DNA of 64,000 nt from Eledone cirrhosa. Taxonomy: Eukaryota. Location of the stretch: the NCBI GenBank assembly GCA_964016885.1, contig OZ024748.1, positions 17,050,001-17,114,000 on the forward strand, written 5' to 3'. This document shows, piece by piece, positions 50,109-64,000 of this stretch (within the stretch, counting starts at the first letter, position 1; every line of letters begins with the position of its first letter). The notes beneath the pieces are model-generated. The model was not told the origin of the DNA, did no database searches, and worked only from the letters and a program-made list of their open reading frames with translations. A program made the position numbers and the translations under genes.

Positions 50109-53100
50109 TGGTTCATTTCCTTTTTTTTAAAATGTTATTAGCATTGAAACAATTTAATAACATGATTCAAAGTAGCAAGACACTAACTCCAGCTAAAATG
50201 TTCAGTTATATTACTGTAAAGGTAAGTTAGAGCCAGACAGATGTTTCACAATATTTTTCCTAACTCTGTGTATTCAAGAAAAGTTCAAATTCTTTTCAAA
50301 TCCTGCTGCCACATGTCACAGGAAAAGAGCTGTTACACTTCTGTCAGGGGTTCCAGATGACAAAAGGTATCAGTAATGGGAACAGTTGTTTTATTTTTCC
50401 AACCTGACAATAGTCTCCTTACAGTTTTCTGGGGGGTTTTAAATTCTAGATGTTGAAATCTATTTCTATGCAGGTGTGTTTTTTTTTTTTTTTTTTGTTT
50501 TCTCTTTTCTGTGAAAGACACTGTAAATTCTGACTATTGATCACCTGCTTTAGTATTTGAGAGGAGCTTAATATATTAATGCAAATAACTTTACAAAATA
50601 TACATATAGATTACAGTGGATGTTTTCAGGAAGCACAAGGACAACAGAACAGGTGATAATGATAAAAGTAAAAAAATAAAAATAATAATGAATAAATAAA
50701 AAAATAAATAAAAATAACCAAAAAAATAAAATAAAATAAATAAAAATAAATAAAATAAAAAAGATAAAAATAAAAATCAAATAAAAATAATGGGTTGAAA
50801 TGACAGAGGGGCGTGTATGAAGAAAACAAAGAAAGAGAAAACACACAAAAAACATAGGGTAGAAAAAACTGTAGTGTTCAGAGGATATAAAATAAACTTC
50901 AAACAAAGTGTTATCTATTCAGCTATTGTAATATATTCTACTTTCTTTTTTGTCTTCAGTTTCCCATTTTGCATTCTTTTATTGCCATTAGATTCACATA
51001 AATATTCTTCAAATAAATATCAAGGAACTTCAAATAAGAAGAAAATAGTCTTGCAAGAAATAAGTTTTTTTTTTTTTGTTGTTGTTGATTTAGTTAAGGT
51101 CTCTTGTCACTTTACACTTCAACATTGTTGTTCCATTGTTGTTCCATTGTAAGGAGTGTTTTTTTTTTTTTTTTTTGAGGGGGGGGGGGGGTTATTTTTT
51201 TAACCATTTTTTTCCCCATTTTTTTTATTGATATTTTTGTTAAAGAACTACATATTTTAAAGTTTTCTTGTCATTCTTTTCTAAAACTATGTTTTAGTAG
51301 TCATCGTCAACATCATCGTCGTCATCAACATCATCATCATCTTCATCTTCATCATGATCATCGTCATCATTGCTGTTATTGTTACTCATCCCCAGGTCAA
51401 ACTGATCACTTATCAAGCTGACCTATCATCCAATGTATTTTCGTTGCTACCCCACCCTCCCATTTTTTTTTCTCAAGGCAATGTATGATATCTAGAATTG
51501 AATTATCTTTTGTCTTGGTTTATTTTACCATTTTGATACCATGCCAACCAAAACCAGTTCTGGTTCTATGAAAGTAAACCACCTACTTTAAAGAGTTCTT
51601 ATATAAATTAAAATCTTCCCCCATAATTTTTATATAACTATTTGTTATATTACTTCGTAATGAAATAATTAATTTTTACTCCTGGCCAAAACCATCTCCA
51701 ATTCTATGTAAGAAAACCACCTATTTTAAAGAATTCCTATATCAATTAAAATCTTCCACCTTATATTTTATATAACAACTGTTTATGTTACTATCTTAAT
51801 GAAAAAAATTAATAATTTTAGTAAATCCTTCAAATTTTTAATTAATGTTATCACAATTTCTATTCTGATAGTTTCTTCCCTCGCTCATCTCACCTATAAA
51901 GTTCTCTTTTTGTTTTCCTTGCATTTTAGTGTCTTTATTGACTTAATTAATTGAAATTAATTAGGCTGTATTTCATTAGAGATAAGGTCACAAAAGAGTT
52001 AAGACAATAAGTTGTGATTTGAGAGAGCTTTGGTTTCTATTTCTAGCATGTCAAACGACCCTGAAAAGGTTCCTTCACTGACTCACCAGAAGTGTTCAGC
52101 TTCTACCTGGTGTTTAAAACTTGCCAAAAATGTTCAGCTCCAAAGTGTTTCGGATGTTACATATACATGCTTATTGTAAGAGGTGACTAATATGGTTGGC
52201 ACCGAGAAGGGCCATAATACTTAGCCCGCAAAAGTTCCCATGATGCGTGTGATATAAGTACTAAGCTTTTGTGGTTAGAGCATTGGGCTTGCAATTGTGA
52301 GGTTGCGAGTTCGATTCTCAGGCCGGGTGATGCATTGTGTACTTGAGCAAGACACTTTATTTTAGCGTCATTGGTGCCAAGCTGTATCGGCCATTGCCTT
52401 TCCCTTTGACAATATCGGTGGTGTGAATAGGGGAGACCGGTATGCATGGTTGACTGCTGATCTTCCACAAACAACCTTGCCCAGACTTCTCTATCTCTGA
52501 GAACTTTCTTGGTGCAAATCCCATGGTCATTTGTGACCAAGGGTTTCTTTATCCTATGGAACCAACGAAGCTAATCTCTGCTTTTGTAAGGAAAATTACT
52601 TTGAAATACTTATATTGTGTTATTTCCATTTCTGATGCTTTACATGAGAAGTTAAAATCCTGTCAATGTCAGCTGTGACTTTCATCCATTTGGGGTTTGA
52701 TAAAATAAATTACAAGTCGATTACTGGGGTCGATTTAAGTGTCTTTGCCATCCTGCCCATATTGCTGGCCTTGTGCCTAAATTAAAAAAACAATTATTTC
52801 CATGATTTGAACATGAATGTAAGAATTCTAAAACCTTGTTCCAGTTCCGAGAAGCTGAGAAGTGTTCTAGAACAATCCAAGCACGTACCACACATCAGAA
52901 GAACATTAAAACGATAACAAAAAGCTTGGCATACATGAATTATTTGCATTAAATGTCCACATTTACCAATTTTCCCCCCTTTAACAAATTTAATAACAAT
53001 ATAATTCTTTATTGAATTACAGAGCTGATAAGTCTTGCAGTGAAAGAGAGTCAGGTTTAATAGATAATTTATGGTACGTAATTGCATTTGTTGTTTATAG

Positions 53101-53743
53101 ATGTATTAACTGCACTAGAAATAGGTGCTTATTGGCTTAAATAAATAATCAGCTAACATGTTAGAGTTAGATACAGAAACACAGATTAGAAAGGACTCAG
53201 GAGAGAGAGGTGCTGCTGCTGGTACTGCAGGTGGTACTGCTGCTGGTACTGCTGCTGGAGCTGCTAGTGCTGTTTTTCTACCAATGGTATAGAACAACAG
53301 AACAATACTATTCCTAAGTAGCTATACTTTTATTCAGTCATTAGACCTTGGCCATGCTGGGGCATTCTCAAGTAAATATTCTTTTATTCCTTTAACTTGT
53401 TTCAGTCAAGAGATTGTGGCCATGCTGGAGTATTCCTAAATATATTTTTATTCCTTTAAATTGTTTTAGTCCTTTTATTGATTTTAGTCATTAGACAGTG
53501 GCCATGCTGGGGTATTCATTATTTATAATGCCAACCACATTTGCAGTGTTTGCTGGGTGCTTTTTGTCATGATATCTACCATATATATGTGTGTGTGTGT
53601 ATATATTGATATTTAACACTTGATGGTTGTTTCTAATTAGATCGTTGATATCCATAGAGTCAGCTATTTTGAATTAATAGAATTGTCCTTTGAACTGTTT
53701 CACCAATTTATGCAAATTACCTTTTCTCGTAACGATCTGTTGA

Positions 53744-54086
53744 ATCATCACCATCATTATCATTTTATGTCCGCTTTTCCCTGCTTGCAAGGGTGGGACG
53801 AGAACTGATTCTGGCTTGATTTCTACAGCTGGATGCCCTTCCTAACACCAACCTCATTTACAGTGAGTGCTGAGTGCTTTTTTGCCATGGCACCTCCACG
53901 ACCACTTTGCAGTGGAATGATAGGGACCCCAGTCCCTATCATCTCATTTCTACAGCTGAGTAAACTGGAGCAATGTGAAATAAAGTGTCTTGCTCAAGGA
54001 AACAACACATCACCTGGTCTGAGAATTGAACTCACAACCTTTCGATTGCAAGGCCAATGCTCTAACCACTAAGCCATGTGCCTCCA
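53744..54086 (-). mobile_element. SINE family 1, full length
   Basis: Reverse complement match. Confidence 0.9.
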
Positions 54087-54849
54087 TTAATATGAATATA
54101 ATTAACATGAATATAATTAGAAATACTTTTACAATACATCAAATTCAACACATTTAAAATTTTACGTTATATTTTATCTGAAAGACTCTTTTTTTTTTAA
54201 ATAATAAAAAATGTAGGGGTTTAGTAATATAACTTTTTAATTAAACTGGTGTTTTGAACATAACTTAACAGTTTCTTAGATAAAAATTATCATGGAAGTT
54301 TTTATTTTAGACACATATCTAAAATTCTTAGCAAATGCATAGTAATATAGACTACCAAGTCATACTTGATTATGAGGGTTTAAGATTTTAATTCTGAAGT
54401 AGTGATTAAAGAAACCTAATGACATTTACATAATATAATTTAGTTTGATATGTTTTTTTTTAAACTTGCTGACAGAAATGTTTCTGTGATAGTCAGAAAT
54501 TACTAAGAATTAATGACTTTAGATTCCCAACCGATATAATGACTCTCTTAAGATATTTACTACTAAACAAGTCATAGCTAGTTCTCTATAGATACTAATT
54601 AAAATATTGATGATGTTAAATACCAAGAGCAATAGACTGTTCTAATTTTCAAAGCTGCTGGGGATTAACATGGCTTTCTAGACTCCCACCGGGGTCATAT
54701 ATACAAAATACCACCAATAATAAACTGTAATTGAATATATTATTATAGTTGTTCTGATACTAATTTGGTACCATGCCAAGTCAAATGAACTTATCATCAT
54801 CATCACCAACATCTTAATTGTTGTTGATATGTAACCCTTCTGATACTAT

Positions 54850-55092
54850 ATGTCTGAAACCACCCTGGTTCTTCGACATACCAAAATACCTGAAACCACC
54901 CTGGTTCTACTTCATACCAAAATGTCTGAAACCACCCTGGTTCTACTTCATACCAAAATTTCTGAAACACCTCTGGTTCTTCAACATAACAAAATGTTTG
55001 AAACTACCCTGGTTCTATAACATACCAACATTTCTTAAACACCCTGATTCTACAACATACAGAAATGCCTGAACCCACCCTGGTTCTACAAC
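54850..55092. repeat. 36-bp minisatellite, ~6.5 copies
   Basis: CTGAAAC(C)ACC at 54854, 54890, 54926, 54962. Confidence 0.88.
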
Positions 55093-55614
55093 GCAAAGTT
55101 GTTTGATTCAAAATGTTTAAATTTACACCTGCCATTATAATTTTATGTAAGGACATTTTCATAAGGTACATTCCAAACTCTAGCCTAAAACTAAAACAAA
55201 GTTATGTTTTACTAAATTCTTCCAAATCCTTGATAATTTTTTCAAAATTAATTAAACATCAAAGGCAGTGACTTGCATTAAAAATATAAAGAGTTTAAAG
55301 GGTTAATTCTTGTTTACCTCACAGTGTGTGAGAGTTTCTTATCTCCTGCATGGATATGAGTCAGCTGAAAAATTAAGGCCCTGAAGGTTCTTTAGTATCC
55401 AGATTCTTCAGAAGATTCTATCAGCCCCCATTTGGTATTACATAGTAATCCTTCATTGAACATAAACCACATGAACTGTCTCTACTCTGTTGTTAGTGTT
55501 GTGAGACTTCTGTCACTTCTCACAACCTGTATTACAGCAATTTGATCAACGAAACAGCCTTCTCATGAAATTAATGTGCAAATGGCTGAGTATTCCCATA
55601 ACACATATATACTC

Positions 55615-55808
55615 CAGACCTGTCAACTCTCCCCATCTGAAGGGGAGATCTCCCACCTACTTTGTGGTGGGTGAGAGATGTCTTTTCTTGTAAAAATGGG
55701 TATAATTTTCATTATATAAAATCTCATCATTTTTGCCTCATTTCTCTGTTTGGAGGCACTTTTATTCATAGTACTCCCTGTTCGGGTTTTTAGAGGTTGG
55801 CAGGTCTG
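55615..55808. mobile_element. hAT-like MITE with ~6-bp TSD
   Basis: TIR CAGACCTGTCAAC / GTTGGCAGGTCTG; flanks ATACTC and ATACCC. Confidence 0.65.
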
Positions 55809-56371
55809 ATACCCTAAACTAATTCAGTCAATATATTAGGGCAAATGTTAAAGAAGGTTGCTTCACTAACATAAGATCTTAGTTTCAATCCTATAGTGTA
55901 AGTATTTTGAACAAGTGTCATTTACCATAGCCCCAGCTTGACCTGTCTCTTGTCAGTGAAATTGGGTAGACAGAAACTGTTTCGAAGCCTGTCATAAGGA
56001 CTCTAGCTGTAATTCAAAGTGACAGACTTGTCACACAGCATCATGTTGACTCTCCCGGAGAATGATATTAAAGGTACATGTGCAATGCTCAGAGATTTAC
56101 ACATAATTTCAAGAACATGCTGCTCCACTGATTAAACAACTGGAATATTCATAGTTGAAACCAATGGCTGTTCATTCCATACACTTGCACGCATGCATGC
56201 ACACACACACACACGCACGCACGCACACACGTACACACACATACAGAGAGAGAGAGAGAGAGATGTATAGAGGTATAACACGGGCGTCTTTGCTCAAATC
56301 TTTTTTTCACGCTCCTTCCTCTTCTGACACTCTTTCTATTTCACATTTTATTTCTCATTTTATTTCTCATT

Positions 56372-56497
56372 CTATCTCCTGATGAAGGACTAGTGTCTGA
56401 AACATGAAGACTCTTTTCCTACTATATCAAGCATTAAACTAATACACTTCTTCATTGTACTGTGTTGTTTGCTTTGTTGTTTCGATTTACATCTTGC
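56372..56497 (+). mobile_element. Family D Penelope-like fragment with minimal hammerhead-like core
   Basis: CTGATGA-A-GGAC-TAGT-GTCT-GAAAC; downstream AAGCATTAAACTAATA shared with 14770 and 60655. Confidence 0.5.
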
Positions 56498-56525
56498 ATA
56501 CACAGACACACACACACACATATAT

Positions 56526-56923
56526 ATGGCTTAGTGGTTAGTGGGTAGAACATTGGCTTTGCAATCGAAAGGTTGTGAGTTCAATTCTCAGACTGGGTGA
56601 TGTGTTGTTTCCTTGAGCAAGACACTTTATTTCACATTGCTCCAGTTTACTCAGCTGTAGAAATGAGATGATAGGGACTGGGGTCCATATCATTCCACTG
56701 CAAAGTGGTTGCGGGGGTGCCACGGCAAAAAAGCACCCAGTACTCACGGTAAATGAGGTTGGTGTTAGGAAGGGCATCCAGCTGTAGAAATCAAGCCAAA
56801 AATCAGTTCCTGTATGAGCAAGACAAGGTCAACCGACCAGTCACTCCCCACCACAGTACAACCCGTCTAACCCATGCTAGCGTGGAAGAACGGATGTAAA
56901 ATGGTGATAATGATGGTGATGAT
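56526..56923 (+). mobile_element. SINE family 1 with alternative RTE-like tail
   Basis: Family 1 sequence to 56810, then AACCCATGCTAGCGTGGAAG tail. Confidence 0.85.
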
Positions 56924-57339
56924 ATATATATATAGTAACACGACTGAATACATTTTTTTCACCAAAATCCTTAAACTCTGAGCTAAACACATAATAGCAT
57001 CTGTAATCACTGAAGCATGAAATCATAATACACAAATATGGGTTGTGTGCAATACACATTGTGTCTATACATCTGTGGCTGTGTGTGAAAGCATGCATGT
57101 GTGTGGTGCATATATATACCTGGGTCTGAAAGTGTGTGTGTGTGTGTGTATATATATATATGTGTGTGAGTGTGTGTGTGTACATACACACACACACTCT
57201 TTATATCTGTTTCCTATGCTTGCATGAGTTACACACACAGACATACATATGTAAGTAAACACACTCACACATATATAGCCACCTACATATTTATGCATAC
57301 ACACACATATATAAAAATACAAGTGGGTATATATATAAA

Positions 57340-58600
<1,261 letters not shown>

Positions 58601-59812
58601 TAACTAATGCCCAAAAGTAAAATAAATAACAACTACAAATCTAATGTTTACGATAGTACTACCTACATAAACTAAGCTAAACTATCTTCTAGAAAGATCT
58701 AGAATAGAAATAAAAGGATGCTTTTGCTTAGAGGCTATTTTGAAATAAATGTAGTGAGATCAAGAAAGAATAATTCTATATGTTTTTTGCTTAGTTAGCT
58801 ATTTCCTGGTGAGAAAATTTTCTGGATAAATATGAGAAAGAGAAAATATTTTATTCCTGTCTTACTGTATGTATTTATCTTAGGTAATCTGTTTGTTTTA
58901 TTTTTTTATTTGGTTTTCTCTTATTTTTTTTTTTGTTTTTTGGGGGGGTTTTTACTATTATTTTTTTTTTTATATATATATTTTTTTATATATATATTTT
59001 TTTATTTTACTTTGTTTTTCTATTATTCATATATAGATTCACGTGTTTTCTTTTTATTTACACAACTAAATATTAACGTAACTAAATATTAAGGCAACTA
59101 TATCTCTTCTTTTTATTTATATTATATATTGCATTGCTGTTGATTATTTTGAAAATATATCAGCATTTGGCTATTGCTTTACACGCACGCACACACACGC
59201 ACACATATATATATTTATCTGTGTGTGTGAGATATTATGTGAACCATAGTCTTAGAGCTGAAATTCCTCATTTCATTCAACTATCAAGTTCCATATTTCA
59301 AGAATATTGGCTATTTTCATTTATTTGAGGAACCTTTTCTACCATTCTCTGGTGATTAAACAGAAATAAATGTCTGCTAAGAAAATATGAAAATAAAAGG
59401 GTTTAAAATGTATTTGGTTACACTATCTTCTAAAACAAAGACCAGAAACATCAAAAACGTTAACTAGTTTTAAAGTGATAGGACTATCGTCCTTTTTATC
59501 ATTGTAATGACGTCATAGTCTACGTTTGATGCTCATGTTTCTGTTTCATAAATTTTGTAGTTATTTGCAGCTAAGCAATAAATAGTTCTCATCATCATCA
59601 TCACTGTTTAACATCCATTTTTCCATGGTAGCATGGGTTAGACAAGTTGTTCCATTGTGAGACAAGTCAGATCGAGTGACCGTGTCTTGCTTATACAGAA
59701 CTGTTTCTGGCTTAGATTCTACAGCTGGATGCTTTTCCTAACGCTGACAGCATTTAAAAGAATTGTTTAGTTTCTAGCATTTAGTCTACCTTTTAATATT
59801 AGTCTAACTTAA

Positions 59813-60380
59813 CGGCAGTGGATTGGCAGTATTGGAAGAACCTCAGACAGCATGCCTTATGGCATAGTTACTTCCCTTTACGATCAGATTTTGAATTCTG
59901 CCTCTCATCCTGACGGGGTCGATAAAATAAAGTACCAGTAATGCACTGGGGTCAATTTAATCGACTTTTCCCACCCCCAGAAATGTTGGCCTTGTGCCTA
60001 AATAAGAGACTGATATTACACCAACTTGAGTCAGGTGGATTAGCAGTTTTGTAGAAAGTCAGACATGTTTTACAACATGTAAAAAAATTAAAAAATTTGG
60101 GGGTTCGGCTTATATATGCCATCTAAACAATGTATTGATTAGCAGCCTCGATCTATAAATGGGGTTTGGACTTTTTATTGGTAGAGCATCAAACACCATG
60201 CTTTGCAGCATAGAGTTACAGCCCTTTACGTTCTGAGTTCAAATCTCACCGATGTTAGCTTTGCTTTTTATCCTTACAGGATCAATAGAATAAAGTACCA
60301 GTAACACACTAGGGGTCAATTTACTTGACTTTCTCCACTACCCCAAATTGCTAGCCTTGTACCTAAATCAGAAACCAATA
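59813..60380 (+). mobile_element. Two older SINE family 2 copies (59813-60010, 60180-60380)
   Basis: Core and tail motifs. Confidence 0.78.
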
Positions 60381-60734
60381 TTAGAAACTTTTTTATCATA
60401 GACTTGTCTAGATATCTCCTTCCTTTCTTTATATTATATATATTCTCGCTGTTCTGAAATATTTTGTAAAAGTGAATCTCTTCCTATTCTGTTATTTCAG
60501 CATTTCTTTCTATTTTTTTCCTCTGGAGTTTACATTATTCTTTGTTTCAGCTATAGTTTGGCAACAAATAATTCATAAAGCTCTGTAACTATATATCCAC
60601 ACACGTTGGTGTGTGTGGGTGAGGTGTGTGTATGTATATGCATGTATATGTATTTAAAGCATTAAACTAATATATTTCTTCCATGCACTGTGCCATATGT
60701 TTTGTTATTTCTGTTTACCTTTTACATACATAAT

Positions 60735-61628
<894 letters not shown>

Positions 61629-61944
61629 AAACGTGTGCATGCCTGAAATATTCATTTGTAATGACAAATCAGTTAGAAGATGTCAAAAGGAAATGTGAAG
61701 AACATAAAAAAAATTATCCTTATATCCATTTTATCTTGAATCATCATTTGCTAAATATCTACATGTAACAACAATGGATCTTCTAACACATCCTATTGAG
61801 ACACAAATCTATATAATATATTATATACACAATACTCTATCAAAATCATGTTATACCTACAGCAGCTCAGCTATATTAAAATTAGGATATCATTTTCTTT
61901 TAAATGTCAATGTTTTTGAGTAACCTCCGGTTACTCTTGATTAA

Positions 61945-62385
61945 CTCTTTAGCACTTAAACTGGACAAATCCGGTCAGAATTCTTTCACCTCGTTCTGTT
62001 CAAACCAGCTGTAATCGGCCACACATACTGATGTTAAGGTATTATTCTCAAAATAAATAATATCAAAATCTCATAGATTAGATATTATGTCAGATAATCA
62101 TGTGAGGTAAAGACTTTACCATGAAAATATAATAATAAATATAGAGTAATATAAATTGGCAGTATCGGTAGAGGGTCGGACGCCATGCTTTCCAGCATAG
62201 TTACGTCCCTTTACGATCTGAGTTCAAATCCTGCCGAGGTTGACTTTGCCTTTCATCCTTACGGGGTCGATAAAATAAAGTACCAGTAATGAACTGGGTT
62301 ATTGCTGCCCTTGTGCCTAAAGTAGAAACAAATATAAATGCCATGAAAATATAATAGTTTATAGAGTAATATAAATGCTAAAGAG
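61945..62385. mobile_element. piggyBac-type MITE with nested SINE family 2 (62155-62330)
   Basis: TTAA|CTCTTTAGCA...TGCTAAAGAG|TTAA; homologous to 10745-10965. Confidence 0.8.
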
Positions 62386-64000
62386 TTAAAGGTGATGTAT
62401 TGGGTGAGTAAGGCAGTGAATTGGCAGAGTCATTAGATAATCTTATATTCATTTTCCCTTAAAAAAAAGGCACTAGAGCTTATTTTGGGGCGTAGGGTTT
62501 ATATTTTTACACAAAATATAGCAGCTCAAGAGTTTGATAAAATTGGCAAATTGGCAGGGTTGTTAGAATGTCAGATGAAATGCGTTGCAGTATTCGTTCT
62601 GGCTCTCTGCTCTCTGAGTCCAAATCCTACTGAGGTTAACTTTGTCTTTCATCAATTCAAGGTCGATAAAAAAAGTACCAGTCAAATACTAGGATGGATT
62701 CTTCCTCTGTATGTCTTTTTCATTTGCATTCTTTCATTCACTCTCTCTCTCTTTATACTTTTCTGGAAGAAATCTACTATCTTCAGGCCTGGAAAGGAGA
62801 TGGACTCTGCCAGGTTTAAAAATGCCATATGTCAATGTGGTGCTCCTAAGACTTCCACAGGAGTTACAGGACCATGCAGGCATTGGGTGAGTCATTAGGG
62901 CATTGGATTAAAAATATCTCAACTTGTTTTGGCTCACCGCTATTTGAGTTCAAATCCTGCCATGATCAATTTTGTTTTTTTAAATTTTATCCTATTGAGG
63001 CCAATAAATAAAATACCAGTTATATACTGGGGTTCTGACGGGGTTAATTCTTTTATATTTCTTTTGCTCTCTCCTTTTATCTCTTTCTCTCTGTGCTTAG
63101 ACATCTGGTTTAAGGTCTTTACTTGTCACAAATATTAGATGTTTCAATAGTCTCTTTTGAAGCATCTCATCAGAGTGTTCGTTCCAGGGATAGGTTTTGG
63201 TCCAGGTTCCAGGGATAGGTTTTGGTCCAGGTTCCAGGAATTAACAAATTAAATATTTTCTGCTTTTTGCCTTGGTATCCAGCAATTGGAGATGGTTGTT
63301 TCTAATAGGAACCACTAGGAGTGTTTGAGGACTCTGGCCCTCACGACCCTCTCAGGAATGTGGGTGAAGAATAAGAATAAAACTAAAGAATTACAGGATA
63401 TAAAGAGTTAAGCAGCTTGAAAGATTTACTTCCAACAGGGAATTGCAATGCTGATCTATGTCCTGATTTCTCAAGAGTTTACTGTCTATACAATAATCTT
63501 TATATTCTATGTCTAATAGTGAATATTTTCAGTGTTAAATATTTAATAAGTAAACTTGTGAGTTTTATTTTACTACTAAATAATTAACGTCTTAATGTGT
63601 TAGCCAAATTCTTCTGCTAATACCTGCCAGATTCCTTTAAAGTGGTTTTCAATAGCTAATATATGGCTTATTATTCTTTTATAATCTGCCTAGTAAGAAT
63701 TAAAAATGTTCTTAGGAAACTTTGGATGGTGAAGTCTCCTCGCTGAAAGTTTGATTGCTGGTGATGTTTAAAAAAAAATAATAAAGAAATAAATTTTCAG
63801 TGAAAAAATATAATTCTCACCCTGGGGTCATTTCTCAGCTTAAAGGAATGTAAACCTATGGATTCATGCATGGTTCTGTAACTCCTGAGGAAGTCGTAGA
63901 GGTCCCGTATTGACATACAGTGTTTCTTAGGCATTTTTTAAAACCTGGCAGAATCCTTCCCTCTCCAGGTTTAAATACAGAAGATTTCTTTCAGAGAATG

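Noticed and set aside
53158-53292. Short Ala/Gly-rich ORF MLELDTETQIRK..
   Set aside because: Driven by a (GCT/GGT) low-complexity repeat; no homology recognised
63120-63180. Minus-strand CTGATGA...GAAAC hammerhead-like spacing (similar weak hits at ~17920, 31770, 33903)
   Set aside because: Stems I/III or the UH site cannot be formed convincingly

Overview
AT-rich eukaryotic DNA, almost entirely repeats. The SINE/LINE families resemble those of coleoid cephalopods (Octopus-like); this is inference from repeat content. No host protein-coding exon could be supported, and most ORF-track entries are translated (TA)n/(TATG)n/(CA)n/(CT)n microsatellites. Real content: (1) a 5'-truncated R4/Dong-like non-LTR retrotransposon (RT-CCHC-RLE, one in-frame stop) inside a TA/TATG microsatellite field; (2) RTE and CR1-type LINE fragments and several tRNA-derived SINE families, some sharing LINE tails; (3) piggyBac- and hAT-like MITEs; (4) minisatellites, two built from SINE parts. 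The most notable signal is a dense set of short, ORF-less elements next to (TA)n that carry type-I hammerhead ribozyme motifs (CUGANGA...GAAA...UH) from about six families. Most have inverted or fold-back ends, as expected of Penelope-like/retrozyme-type elements. All folding and alignment was done by eye, so boundaries are approximate.
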